Part shown: positions 1 to 19,744 of the stretch, one piece after another
Layout of the letters: each line of letters opens with the position of its first letter
Numbering within the stretch: position 1 is the first letter of the stretch
Assembly: GCA_951406725.2 (NCBI GenBank)
Contig: OX597834.1
Location: 40,548,001-40,612,000 of the forward strand
Direction: 5' to 3'
From: Octopus vulgaris
Taxonomy: Eukaryota
DNA length: 64,000 nucleotides
Notes under the pieces: generated by a model
What the model was told of the DNA's origin: nothing
Databases searched by the model: none
Seen by the model: only the letters and a program-made list of their open reading frames with translations
Translations under genes and position numbers: made by a program

Positions 1-704
1 TTTCCCTGTTTAACTTCTTCGTTATATTTGCCTGTGTTACTTACATTAGCTTATTTCTTCGTTACACCTAGCATCGAGCCGCCATTTCTTTGCTCCTGTC
101 TTCCCCTTTCTCTCCCTTTTTACTGCTACTCTTTATCTATCTATCTCTCTAGCTCTCTAGCTCTCTTACTCCACCTCTTTTCACCTCTCCTCTTTCCTCT
201 CTTTCCACTCCTCTTTCTTCTCTTTCCTTCTGTGTCTCTAATTCAGGAAAAACCAGTCCAATTTGTGTGAAAGAAGCGTGAGTTCAGGTAACATTTCATA
301 CTGACGCAGGAATTGTTACGTGGTGAGGAAGACACAGACATGGCTTTGTGGTAAACAAATTTACTCCGTATCCAACTGGCTTCGATTTCAATTCTGCTGC
401 GCAACACCTTGTACGATTGCTTTCTATTATAGCCTCGGGTTAACCAACAATACCTTTAGAATAGAATTTTATCCTTTCCTTGCACCCCATGTAGACAAAC
501 AAACATTCCAAACACCCTTGATATCTTGTCATTCTCACCTCTAACATAATTGCCTCTGTATCATCGGCTCATCCGCCAGCTGCCTTATCACAGCTTCCAA
601 CGCACCTCTGTATACGGCACAACCTCCACCCCTACTCCTCAACTCTTCGAGTCAGTCAACAAATTGGAGCTCAGAGAGTTTTTATGCCAACTACGAAAGT
701 AAAA

Positions 705-990
705 GCCCCCCTTCGGTCAAGAATGACCATGGGATTGCACCTAGAAAGTCCCCCTCCGAGGTACAAGACCATCAGTTGCCCATGCATATCAGCCTCTTCT
801 CTCCACGCCAATGATGTTATCCAAGTGACAAGCAAAGGGGCCGATTCAGCTTGGCGCCAGTGACATCACAACTCGTTTCTGCAGCTGAGTGAACTGGAGA
901 AACGTGAAATAAAGAAATAAAGTGTCTTGCTCAAAAACTGAACACACCTCATGATTGTAAGTCTAACGCTCTCATTGCTGATCCATACGC
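705..990 (-). mobile_element. SINE, same family as 53405-53701
   Basis: Reverse complement of the body at 53405-53701 (cttgagcaagacactttattt...ccagttcactcagctg...gatgtcactggcgcca). Confidence 0.75.
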
Positions 991-1537
991 CAATTACTGC
1001 CGGAGGTACATTTACATTCTGCCCTGACCCGTCAGAAATAGTTTGATAGATGGCTGAAAATATCCTTTGAGGTATGTGCGATAAAAACTTTGCTTCCCAA
1101 CCACGTGGTCCCGGGGTCAGTTCTACTGCGAGGCACCTTGTGCAAATGTCTTCTACTATAGTCTTGGACAGACCAAGGCCTTATGAGTGAATTTGGTAGA
1201 CGGAAACTGAAAGAAGCCCATTGTATGCGTGAATGTGTGCCTTTCTATCTGTGTTTGTCCCCTCCCCGCCCCCAAAACTCCATCACCGCTTGCCAACAGG
1301 AGTCGATGAGTTTACATTCTCGTAACCTAGCGGTTCGGCAAAAGTGACCAGTACGCAACTGGTACTTAATTTATCGATCCCAAAAGGATGAAAGGCAAAG
1401 TCGACCTCGGCAGAATTTGAACTCAGAACGTAAAGACAGTGATGTATGGTAAATAAACAGACGACATAACGTATACTGAGTGTAAACCGGACAGGAGACG
1501 AATATTTCATCAGTTATCAACCAATAGTTAACACTCG

Positions 1538-1603
<66 letters not shown>

Positions 1604-1604
<1 letters not shown>

Positions 1605-2005
1605 TCGCAGTATAGCCCGGCGTTGCTCGGGCTTCTTTTCTTTTCGACCCTTTAGAATTGGAATTTTTGAAAAATAAGAATTTTGCATTATGTAGCTTCT
1701 TATTCTCTTTAAGTGAACATTTTTCTGGTTGAAATACACCGAAAAATGGCGACACAGCAGTCAAAAAATCGTTAAAAAGATAGGGATTTTCACAGAAAAA
1801 AAGCACCTTTTTTTACATAAATAATTTTTGGTGTTAACATGGTCCGATTTGGATTTTTTCTTCTACGGAATGAAGAACAAGTCTTCTTCTATCATACTCT
1901 CAATTTTGGTCAACTTGAGCCGCAGGGTCTCGGAGGAGATAGTGTTAGTTGAAAGCTACCAAACCTGCCATACACAGACTCCAGCTTTATTTATATATAT
2001 ATAGA
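1604..2005 (-). mobile_element. Non-autonomous Helitron-like element
   Basis: Minus strand begins TC(TA)n and ends with the hairpin cccgagcaacgccggg plus C(G)AG. Closely similar to 24238-24627. Confidence 0.8.
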
Positions 2006-2311
2006 TATATAGATATATATATACACACAATATTACAATATGTATGTGTTTACATATATATATATATATATATATGCGTATGGGTGTGTATGTGTGTGTG
2101 TGTGTGTGAGCGCGCGCGGTTGCGTAGTGAAACAATTAATATCACTGTTGCTATAAGCAGCTAATAGATGCTTTTACGACATTACTGCTCAGATGAATCT
2201 ACATTAGACTGTCGACTGTTCTGGCAACTTTACACCTCCTACACCCACACACCCATCAAAAGTAATGATAGCCCAACATCACTGCAACAACGCCATGACA
2301 ACGTCATCATG

Positions 2312-2363
<52 letters not shown>

Positions 2364-2509
2364 CTCTCCCGCTCACCAACCTTAGAATATGGTAATTAAT
2401 TTGCCTAAGGCAACGATGTCTTTTAGAAGATAATTCCTATCTTTATTGTTATCCGAAAGAGACTTTATATACGTAAATACATACTTATTTATTTTACATG
2501 TATATATAC

Positions 2510-2562
<53 letters not shown>

Positions 2563-2630
2563 TGTATGTATGGATATATATAGGTAGGTAGATAGATACA
2601 CACATATATATACATGCATACATTTATATA

Positions 2631-2694
<64 letters not shown>

Positions 2695-2698
2695 TAGA

Positions 2699-7615
<4,917 letters not shown>

Positions 7616-7693
7616 CATATATACACATACGTAAACATATATGTATGTATGCACATCAACATATAAGCATACATACAAATACACTCATACATG

Positions 7694-7759
<66 letters not shown>

Positions 7760-8255
7760 AACGCATTCATCTCTAAATATTTAGTTACCCGTCATTTTCT
7801 TACAATATATTTTCTCTACTCAAAAAAAAAATCAAAAAGCAACAAAAACAAAACAAACAAAACAAAATGGCAACTAATATAATTTCGTATGAAAATTCGC
7901 ATTAATATAATTGTCATCAAAACGATATCAGGCGTTTGTTGAGTCGATAATCTTCAATTGAAGAATTTCGAATTTTCTTTAATAATACTTTGAATGTCGA
8001 AGACGGGGTTTTTGTAGTTGTGTTAACGCTGTGTTATCGTTTATCTTTTCCTGTAGAATAGAAAAAATGGCGCCGATTTCTCGAATAAATGGCGGCAACT
8101 GGAAGGAAGAGGACAATGAAATGTCAGAATGTTGCTAATATTTTGAAATGGGAGATAATTTATAATGGCAGGAAGGAACAAACGGTAACAATTTTTGTCC
8201 TTGTCTTAATGTATGAATGTGTGTGTGTGTGTACGCGTATGTATGTACGTATGTG

Positions 8256-8287
<32 letters not shown>

Positions 8288-8714
8288 ATATATACACATA
8301 TATATAGAACATATATATATATAATATAATATATATAATATAATATATATATATAACGTATGTGTGTATGTATGTATGTATGTAGGTAGGTATATAAGTA
8401 TATATGTATATTTATATGTGTGTATACGTGTGCATGTATCTCTATATGTATATATGTATGTATGTAGGTAAGTAGGTAAGAAGGTAGGTAGGTAGGTAGG
8501 TAGGTAGGTAGGTAGGCACGTAGGTAGGTAGGTAGGTAGGTTTGTAGGTAGGTAGGTAGGTAGGTTGGTAGGTAGGTAGGTATGTAGGTTGGTAGGTAGG
8601 TAGGTAGGTAGGTAGGTAGGTAGGTAGGTAGGTAGAGATATAAGTATGTATATTTATGTATGTCTACATCTGTATATACGTGCCCTATGTATCCCTATGT
8701 TTGTAGGTGTGTAG

Positions 8715-8745
<31 letters not shown>

Positions 8746-8876
8746 TGTATGTATGTATGTATGTATGTATGTATGTAGATAGGTAGGTAGGTATATATAT
8801 GTATGTATGTGTTTCTATTTGTGCATGTGCTTTTTGTTTACTCATGATTACGTTATTGTTTTGTGTCGACGCTGCT

Positions 8877-8910
<34 letters not shown>

Positions 8911-8934
8911 CACTACTACTACTACTACTACTAC

Positions 8935-8975
<41 letters not shown>

Positions 8976-9232
8976 TGATAATAATGATAATAATTATGCT
9001 TCTTGTCTTCCTTCTCCATGCTCTTCACATTTTCAATAAAAATGGCAAGAACCCAGCGCTTTAAGTTCAGATGGTGTGTCACCTTGGGCAAGTGACTTCT
9101 GTCATAACTCCGAGCGAACCAAACGCTTGTGAATGGATTTCGTAGGTGGACACTCTGTGGTGTAAATCCGTCGTTATGTGAGTGCGTGCGTACTCATGTA
9201 TGCATGTATATGTAGGTATGTAGGTATACATA

Positions 9233-9264
<32 letters not shown>

Positions 9265-9309
9265 GTGTTTACCCACGGTAAACACAATATCTGTCAAGTC
9301 CCAGCAAGG

Positions 9310-10110
9310 ATCTCAGACAGACAGTACTTTATGCAATATGCGTGCAGTTCCAAGTAATGCCAATTTTTGCAATATACCTAGATTGTAAGGTATTCCTAAA
9401 GTTTCCAGATGTTTCTTCTGTTTGGGTTGTATTGAATCCATTGCTCCGATGACAACAAGGACAACCCTGCCGCATTTTGCCGATCTCATTGCTCAGGACT
9501 CCCTATTTATCAATCTTTTCTCTTTCCTTCATGATATGTCGATCTCCTGGCACAGCTACGTCGATTATTAGGCACTCTTTTTTTTGTCCCTCCTAAATGT
9601 TACTAACACCTTGTCTGTCTGGAAGTAAAAGTCCCAGAGGATTTTTGCCTTCCCCTTTTCGTCCATTACCTTTTCCGATCTATGTAAGAACCAAGCACCC
9701 ACTACCTCGTATTCATACTTCTGGCATAGTAGCCAATGAAGGTTATGGGCTACCCTGTCATGCCTGCGCTTGTACTCTTTCTGCGCAAGACTTTCACAAG
9801 CACTAACAATGTGAGTCGCGCTTTCGACCCTCTTCTCACACATTCTGCAGAGGTTCGTTGCACTTGTGTAGTATATATCCCTTTCCACTGGGTGGTATTC
9901 AATACCTGATCCTGACTAGCGACGATTAGGCTTTCAGTCTTCTTTTCTTAGGTCACTCTTGCTGAGCCGCCTCCAAGATGCTTCCTGATCCTTTAAGTTG
10001 TTAATTTCACGAAGGAAGTGAACATGTAATTTCATACCGAGTAGAGTTTCTTCTATCGCGTTGGCTATTCGTGAACGGAATTCATTGGCACTTCCAAGCC
10101 TATGGGACGG
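9310..10110 (-). mobile_element. Degenerate 3' part of an RLE-type non-LTR retrotransposon (R4/NeSL-like)
   Basis: CRMC...ESATHIVSAC zinc knuckle, RRHD motif, KILWDF..QTD, then frameshifted VIGA...LQKLALLGT C-terminus. Confidence 0.85.
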
Positions 10111-10180
10111 TCGGACAAGTTGTTTTCAGAAAATTTGGTTTAAATGTTTGACAACCCAGCACCGGGGAGGCGGTTTGCTC

Positions 10181-10241
<61 letters not shown>

Positions 10242-10286
10242 TGTATGTATGTATGTATGTATGTATGTGTGTGTGTACACACACAC

Positions 10287-10351
<65 letters not shown>

Positions 10352-11878
10352 CTACGGGCTTCTTTCATGCTTCCAATTACCAAATTCCCTCACAAATCTT
10401 TCTTCAGCCCGAGGCTATAGTAGAAGGCACTTGTCCAAGGTGCCATGCAGAGGGACTGAACACGGAACCATGTGCTTGGGAAGCAGACTTCTTACCACCC
10501 AGTCACGCCTTTGTGTGTGCTTCCAAACACATTTCGGTTTCTTAACTTTAGTCCTTTTAATGGAAATTCTTCACCTAAACCATTTGTAATTTACCCTTAA
10601 TGGCTTATATGTGGGCTAATTATGTAGACAGACTTATTAAGCATCGACTGACATGAAAGGGAAAAACACGATTAATAGATTAGGAGTTGTATCACATCTG
10701 AAAGCCTAAGTTCTCCTTTCTCTGGGTTGATTATTTGCCTTCTATTGCTCTCCATCATTTCTCCTCCTTCACTCTCTCTCTCTTCCTCTCACTTATCCTC
10801 TCTCACTCTATTTCCCTTTCCCACTTCTCCTCTTTCACTCTCTCTCTCTCACTTCTCCTCTCTCACTCTCTCACTTGTCCTCTTTCACTACCTCTCTCTC
10901 ACTCTTTCACTATCTCTCTCTCACTCTTTCTCATTCACTTCTCCTCTTTCACTCTCTCTCTCTCACTTCTCTTTCTCTCTCTCTCTCTCTCACTCTCACT
11001 TTCTCACTTATCCTCTTTCACTCTCTCTCTCTCACTTATCCTCTTTCACTCTCTCCCTCTCTCCCTCTCTCTTCCATTCACTCACTCTCTCAAACAAGCT
11101 AACTCTCTAAATTTATCGATTTGTTTATTCGTTCTCTACTTCTTACCTTTTACTTCTGCTTAGAATATTTTTTCTTTCTTCTAACGCCACCCACCCCCAC
11201 CACACACACTCTCTCTCTCTCACACACACACACACACGCACACACACACAGACACTGTCATAGACACATACATCGAGCTACAACTATGCATCCATCACAC
11301 CTGCGAACGAACAAACACTTTGGCTGCACTGTTTTCATATAAATAGTCGTGTTTGGAAAGGAAGATAACAACTTCTAAGACCTTCCTTCTTCTCTCCACC
11401 TCGTCTTAGAACTAATACCTATACGTATGAGTGTGTGTGTGTAAGTGTTTTGTGTGTGTATAAGCGCTCATTTGCATTTGTCAACTCGAGGCTATAGAAA
11501 GGACACTTTCTCAAGGTAACTCACAATGGGTCCAACCCAAAACTACGTGAAAGCAAAGCAATCGTCTTAACTACACGGCTTTGCTTGTGTGTGTGTGTTT
11601 GTATGTGCGTATGCGCATGCACTAATAAGCTAAGTAAAATTGACTATTTCCCGTAACAACAGAGAGACAAAAACCCAAGATTGGGAGAATAATGGACAGG
11701 ATATGGACTGAATGTATGACTAGCTAGTTGTTTGTCGCCCTCACAAAGCATACAGGTTTTTCTCCTGAGTCAGCAGAAATACAAATACACGGGCGATGAA
11801 AGATGAAAGCGGTAGATGGTTACTGATTGGAATAACAATATCATTCCTTACAAATTAGAAAATTACTGCTTCTACAAT

Positions 11879-12297
11879 ATATTTCTTTACCGCCCACAAG
11901 GGGCTAAACACAGAGGGGGACAAGCAAGGACAGACAAAGGGATTAAGTCGATTACCTCGACCCCAATGCGAAACTGGTACTTTATTTATCGACCCCGAAA
12001 GGATGAAAGGCAAAGTCGACCCCGGCGGAATTTGAACTCAGAACGTAACGACAGACGAAATACCTATTTCTTTACTATCCACAGGGGGCTAAACACAGAG
12101 AGAACAAACAAGGACAGACACACGGATTAAGTCGATTACATCGACCCCAATGCGAAACTGGTACTTTATTTATCGACCCCGAAAGGATGAAAGGCAAAGT
12201 CGACCTCTGCGAAATTTGAACTCAGAACGTAACGGCAGACGAAATACCGCTAAGCATTTTGCCCGGTGCGCTAACCATTCTGCCAGCTCGCCGCCTT
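11879..12297 (-). mobile_element. SINE family A: full copy plus a headless tandem unit
   Basis: Two consecutive core+tail units; junction aaagaaatag|gtatttcgtctg on the minus strand. Confidence 0.88.
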
Positions 12298-13058
12298 CCA
12301 GCAACAATACCATCTTCTCGCACCTTCTTCCCTGAGCTTATCCAGCAGTATATATTCAGAATATCTTTTACTAAAGAGAGAGCTTTGGGATGCAGCATGG
12401 AAAACAGTGAGAGACAGCCGAGCATTTAGTATGCGACACGGAGGAAAGGAGACATCAGACCGGACCCAGAAGACATCAGCTGACCACACGAAGCCAATGA
12501 ACGATCGGTGACCGCAACACAACAACCAACAGCTAACTTTTTGACTACTGCTTCTACCACAGCAACCCAAAAACGTCGTTCGTAGTAACGACAGCATTTG
12601 TTTTTTCGTGTACGAACAGAATATAATTTTGTTCATCAAAACTCGCAATAGACTTCAGCCTTCTTCCCCCATCTCTAAAACTCCACAATAAATTTTACAC
12701 CAGAAGTTCTGCATATTGCATTGCAATACCTTACAAAAACCATTCATATAACATCAAACGCCTTGTTAACCAAGATCACAGCCTGTCTGCTTGCAATTTT
12801 ACTTGCATCAGTCATTAATCTACTTTTGTATGGCTATGATATTTCGGGATCCAAAACAATTTAGGAATGCGCCTATTCTCCACTTACACACACACACACA
12901 CAAACTACTTAACTATTCTTCAAGTTTCAACCAGTCTAGCAGCGTATTTACTATCTTCTGACACCGTTCTGTCTTATTACCACTGAAGTTCCAATTACTA
13001 TCTGTTCTCAACACTTAAACTCAAATTAACAAGCAGTACATATATATATACATATATA

Positions 13059-13439
13059 TCTATATATAAACGGCAGTTTGTCTGTGTGCGTATCTGTGTG
13101 TCTGTTAGGTTGTACCCTCACCCTGACCACGGCTTTCAACCGATTCTGATGAAACTTGACACACACATAGCCCAATGTCATAATTCAAAACTAACGCAGC
13201 GAAAATTTTGAAAAGTTCCCCCAGTTCTGAAAAAGATCGATAAATTCGACATGGGGTCGACAATTAGAAACACAAACCACAGATGGTCTAGGGGACGCAA
13301 TTCGACCTTTTTAACTATCAAAAAAAAATTTACCATAATTTTTTTCCCATTTTTTTGCTATTTTTTGGCTATAACTCTCTAAAAATACTTTATAGTTATT
13401 TCCCTTACAAACCCGAGCAACGCCGGGCGATACTGCTAG
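13059..13439 (+). mobile_element. Non-autonomous Helitron
   Basis: 5' a|TC; subterminal hairpin cccgagcaacgccggg (13412-13427); 3' CTAG|t; no TSD. Confidence 0.85.
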
Positions 13440-13842
13440 TATATATATATATATATATAGCTAACCACATAGTTCTCCCTGCTACTTTTATCTTCTGGCA
13501 CAATCAGTCGTACATCATCGTCGAACATCTTATTTCTGTGCTGTTCGACTTTACGTTTCTAAGGAACCGAATCTTCTCCTATCTTTTATCTTTTTAATCT
13601 TCTACCTGTTTCAGTCATTAGAATGCGGCCATGCTGGGGCACCACTTCGAAGAATTTCTTAGTCGAATGAATCAATCCCAGTCCCTTTTTTTTTTCTTTT
13701 TTTTTTTTTCATTTTATTTTTAAGCCTGTTATTTATTTTAGCGGTCTCTTTATCCCGAGCCGCTAAGTAACGAGGACGTAAACAAAACAAATAAACAAAC
13801 ACCAATAGTCAAGCGGTGGTAGGGGACAAACACAGACACAAA

Positions 13843-13898
<56 letters not shown>

Positions 13899-14407
13899 TG
13901 TATGCATACGACGGGCTTCTTTCAGTTTCCGCCTACCAAATCCACTAACAAGTCTTTGGTCAACCCGAGTTTATAGAAGACACTTGATTGAACACCACGC
14001 ATCCTCTTCCAAATATGTTTTATCTTAATAATTCTGATGCGCCCTCTATACGATCTTTTTACTCTTTCGTTTTACTCTCTTTTTCTCTCTCTTATTCTTT
14101 TACCTCCTCTTCTCCCACTATTCTATCCTATTACTCTGTCACTCTCTCTACCTCACTCCTCCTTTGCTCACGTGGCACCCACGTGACCATTGGCCATATT
14201 TCTTTCTTTCTCTCCGTGTAACAGATGAAGGTTCTGATTTCCATTTGTGTCTTTCGTTGTTCGAAAGAATAGTTCATGTTCCATGTACTCGTGCTTCGTG
14301 CTTTTTTGTTGTACACGTTTCGTGACGTCCTGTGCCCACATATGCATATATATATATATATACGTATAAATGTATGTACATATCCGTATGTATATATGTA
14401 TATATAC

Positions 14408-14490
<83 letters not shown>

Positions 14491-15237
14491 TATACATACA
14501 TACAGGATAAGTAAGTGGATGTGCCGCTACACTCTGTCTCTGAATGCAAGAGGTTGGTATCAGCGGTGGTAGAGGTGGTGGCCATAGTGGTGATGAAAGC
14601 GACGGTGATGGTAGTGGTGGTGGTGGTGGAGGAGGAGGAGGAGGAGGAGATGAGGAGGGTGGAGAAGGGGAGAAGTAGAAAGGCGGCGGGGGCGGTGGCA
14701 CCGGAGGCACCAGAAGTGGTGTTGGTGGTGGTAGTGATGATGATGGTGGATGATTGGATGGTTTAATGGCTAGACTGAAAGCTGGTTGACTGGTTTGTTA
14801 GTCAGATGGTTCGCTGATTGGTTGTGGGACTGGTGGGGTGGGGGCCGAGGCGAAGGTGGTAGCGGGTGTGATTTAGCTAGTAAAACACACGACTGATTAA
14901 ATGAAAGGATAGATAGATGGATGGATGGATGGATGGATGGATGGATGGATGGATGGATGGATGGATGGATGGATGGATAGGGATGGTGGTAGCGTGATGG
15001 ATAGCGAGGTGTGGTTGACTGGAGGATGGTTAGAAGGTAAGAAAGGTGGTTGGTAGATGGGTAGAAGGTTAAACGGAGAGAGTGGTGGCGGTTGTTCATT
15101 ATTGCTCAAGAAAGTTAATTAAACCTTCTTCCAATGACAGTTTGTGTGGAACAATTTAGTCCAATCACACAGCACCTGTTTCTTGTTGCTAACTGTTGAT
15201 GTTGCTCTTGTTGTTATTATTATTTATATCATCATCA

Positions 15238-15290
<53 letters not shown>

Positions 15291-15323
15291 GTTATTATTA
15301 TTATTATCATTATTATTATTATT

Positions 15324-15840
15324 AAGGCGGTGAGCTGGCAGAAACGTTAGCACGCCGGGCAAAATGCTTAGCGGTATTTCGTCTGCCGTTACGTTGTGAG
15401 TTCAAATTCCGCCGAGGTCGACTTTGCCTTTCATCCTTTCTGGGGTCGATAAATTAAGTACCAGTTACGCACTGGGGTCGATATAATCGATCACTAGATC
15501 CTTTCCCCAAAATTCCAGTCCTTGTTCCTATAGTAAAAAGGATTATTATTATTAATATTATTATTTAAAAAGGTAATATAAAAGAAGAAAGGGGCTCTCT
15601 ACCCACCTTTTGACCGGGCTCCCGTTGGCTTTTATGGGTTTTTTTCCACCAGGAACCTTTCGTAACGCCTCCCCCTATTGGGAGTTTTTCGTTGTTAAAT
15701 ATTTTGATTGTTACACTGTTTTTACACGGTCTTTTACAAACGGACAAAACCCTTTGTAACCTTTCGTCCTGTTTTGTCCCTTCTTTTGTTATAATTAGCC
15801 CCTGTGGCCAATAAAAGAATTTATTATTATTATTATTATT
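15324..15840 (+). mobile_element. SINE family A copy followed by the 3' UTR of a Tx1/L1-like LINE
   Basis: SINE head and core 15324-15490. 15565-15840 resembles 21503-21705 and ends ttagcccctgtggccaataaaagaat(tta)n. Confidence 0.75.
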
Positions 15841-15867
15841 AGTAGTAGTAGTAGTAGTAGTAGTAGC

Positions 15868-15899
<32 letters not shown>

Positions 15900-15917
15900 C
15901 AGCAGCAGCAGCAGCAA

Positions 15918-15985
<68 letters not shown>

Positions 15986-16262
15986 TTACCGGTGTTATTG
16001 TTGCAGATGTGTTACTCTTGTTGCTGTCATTACTATCATTACTATTATTGCTGTTATTACTATCATTACCGTTTTTATTGCTGTTATTACCAGTTGTAAG
16101 TGTAGTTATTCCGGTTGTTGTGATTGTTGTTGTTCTTCCTTTCTATTGTTATTGATGTTATTGTCGTTGCTGTTATTACAATCATTACTGCTTTGTTGTT
16201 GCAATTATTACCATTGTTATTACTGTTACTGGTGTTGCTGCTGCCGCGGCCGCTGCTGCTGC

Positions 16263-16330
<68 letters not shown>

Positions 16331-16558
16331 TTGTTGTTGCTTTGGTGCCGTTACTTGTGATGGAAACAGGAAAGTATGCAGGAAGCCGGCGTTGTTGTTG
16401 TCGATGATGATGATGATGATGATGATGAGGAGGAGGAGGAGGAGAGAGAGGACGACGGCAATGACAACGACGACGACGATGAAGATGCGGTGGTTGCTGT
16501 GATGCAGCAATGACGTTTGATTGTGATGATGATGATGATGATGATTGTGATGATGATT

Positions 16559-16606
<48 letters not shown>

Positions 16607-17741
16607 GTGGTGCTGGTGGTGGTGGTGGTGGTGGTGGTTGTGGTGGTGGTGCCATCGTTTGTTGTAACCGTTGAGAAGCGTCTATGAGAAACCACCACCA
16701 CACCCACCACCGCTGCAGCACCCATACCACTACTTCAGCCACCAACATTATTATCATCATCACTGCCACCACTATTATAATCACTATTGCCATTACCACA
16801 CCACCATATCCACCACCACCACCACCATCACAACCACCACTATCACAACCTCCACCACCACCTCCACCGCAATCGCAACGTCACCACTACCACCACCATC
16901 ACAGCCATCATCACCACTACTACCTCCATCACCACCGCCACCACAACCACCACAACCACTACCACCATCACCACCACCACTACCATCGCTCCGCCACCAC
17001 CACCACCAATGCCGCCATCATCACCACCGCCTCCACCACCACCACCACCACCACCACTACAACCACCACCACCACCACTACAACTACAACCACCACTACC
17101 ACCATCACCATTACCACCACTTTCCTCACCAATAAACTACCACCATCACCACCACTACAACCACCACCACCACTACAACCACCACCACCACTACAACTAC
17201 AACCACTACTCCCACCACCACCACCTCTCAACGTCATCAAATTCACATCATTTTAGTTTTTCTCTCTTTCTTTCTCATTTCCATTTTTTTTTTTTTGTAA
17301 TCTTTTGTTTTTACGTTTGTTTTTTGTTGTTCTGTAAAGAAAAGCAACAAAAAAGAAACAAAAAGAAACATGAAAAACTTTACAAAAACAAAATGTTTTT
17401 GATTTTCTTTTCTTTGTTGTTTTTGTTGTTTTTGTTGTTTGTTGTTTTACGCCTTTGTTTTGTTTTTGTTTTTGATTTATTTGCTTGTTTGTTTTTGTTT
17501 AAATTAAAATAATTTTACACCCGGGTGGAAATTTATTCATCTTAAGCTTTGAAAGAACACCGAGCAAAGGGTATTGGGTGGGGTGTGGGTGCCTGTGTGT
17601 GTGTATGTGTGTGTATGTGCGTGTGTGTGTGTGTGAGCGTGTGTGTGTGTGTGTGTGTGTGTGTGCGTTTCTCTTTGTATGTGTTTGTGTGTGTGTGTGT
17701 GTGTATGTGTGTGTGTGTGTGTGTGTGCGTTTCTCTTTGTA

Positions 17742-17794
<53 letters not shown>

Positions 17795-17963
17795 TTCTCT
17801 TTGTGTGTGTGTGTGTATGCGTGTGCCATGAATTTTTAAGAAAGAGATGTTACTTCAGTTTTGTTGTTTGCAGTGTTGCTTCTTGTTGTTGTTGTTGTTG
17901 TTGTCATCACAGTTGATGTTGCTAAGAGAGATAAGCTGATATAGATAGAGAGAGAGAGAGAGG

Positions 17964-18052
<89 letters not shown>

Positions 18053-18069
18053 AGGGAGAGAGAGGGGGG

Positions 18070-18105
<36 letters not shown>

Positions 18106-18367
18106 AAGACAGACAGACAGAGACAGAGATAGACACACACACACACAAACAAACGGACGGACGAACCGGACAGACAAAAAGACAGACTGATAGAAAGATA
18201 GATACATAGATAAATAGACAGATAGACGGACAGACGGACAGACAGAGAAAGAGACAGAGAGAGGGCGGGGTAGAAAGAGAGACAGGCAGAGTGAAAGAGA
18301 GAGAGGAAGAAAGAGAGATTGATAGACAGATGGGCGGATAGACAGACAGACAAACTGACAGATAGAC

Positions 18368-18456
<89 letters not shown>

Positions 18457-19347
18457 GAGGAGGGAGAGGATGAAGAGAGGGAAGGGAGAAAGGGAGGGTG
18501 GGGAGGACGGGAAGGAGGACAGAGGAAGAGGAGGGAGAGGACGAAGAAGAAGACGAGGAGGAGGAAGAGGAGGACGAGGAGGACGAGGAGGAGGAAGAAG
18601 AGGAAGAGAAGGACGAGGAGAGACAAAAGGACATGGAGATAATATATTACTGAGAGATGGGATGGATCCTGAAGAGGAATGAGTGTTATGGAAGGAAGGA
18701 AGGAAGGAAGGAAGGAAGAAAGGAAGGAAGGAAAGAAGGAAGGAATGGACGATGGGTGGATGAGGGTGTGGTGGGGGAGGGAGGGAGAGGCAAGGTTTGT
18801 ACGTTTTGGATGGAAACGGAAATAAAGATTGCCGGAGGGAAGAAACAAAGCAAAGTACTTCTGGAAACTTGGAACAATTTCTTGGAACAATCTTCAGAAA
18901 GAAATCAATAACTTTCCTTCCTTAATCACACTCTCTCTACATTCTTCAACTCTTTCCCTTTCTTCTTCATTGTTATCTTCTTTCTTTTCTCCTTTTCCTT
19001 CTTCTTCTTCTCCTCCTCCTCCTCCTCCTTCCTTCTTCTTCGTCTCCTCCTCCTCCTCCTTCTTCTTCTTCTGCTTCTTCTTCTTCTTCTCCTCCTCCTC
19101 CTCCTCCTCCTTCTTCTTCTTCTTCTGCTTCTTCTTCTCCTCCTCCTCCTCATCCTCCTTCTTCTTCTTATTATTATTATTAATATTATTATTATTATTA
19201 TCATTTGACTTTCCCTCTTCTTTTCCTTCCTTTCCTCCTCCTTCATCTTTTCTTTTTCTTCTCCTTCTACTTCTTCTTCGTCTTCTTTATTGTCATATTC
19301 TTCCTCTTCTCCTTTTTCCTCTCTTCATCCACTTCCTTTTCCTACCC

Positions 19348-19390
<43 letters not shown>

Positions 19391-19400
19391 CACCACCACC

Positions 19401-19446
<46 letters not shown>

Positions 19447-19708
19447 CCACTGCTGTTTTATCACCTTTTTTTCTTCTTCTTCCTACGTCTTTCATCTCCT
19501 TCCATTCTCGCTTTCCTTCTCTTCCTTCCCCTGCCATCTCCTTCATTCTCATTCCCACCCACCCCTTTCAACTTCTCCCTCGTTCCTATCCACCGATATT
19601 CTATGTTCTTCCCGCCATTCAGCGTTGCTCCAACAATGTCTTCCACGAAGTCGTTCGGTCGAAGAAAGATACAAGAAGCTATTTTTATACGCGTTACTCT
19701 CTCACCCC

Positions 19709-19744
<36 letters not shown>

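Noticed and set aside
247-287. Possible plus-strand micro-exon (ttcag|GAAAAAC...AGC|gtgagt)
   Set aside because: The pyrimidine tract is just CT low-complexity sequence; no recognisable peptide or partner exons
16170-16655. MAPPPQ...SSS low-complexity frame with a good Kozak context on the minus strand
   Set aside because: In-frame TAA at 16559-16557 and almost entirely triplet repeats; no homology I can recognise
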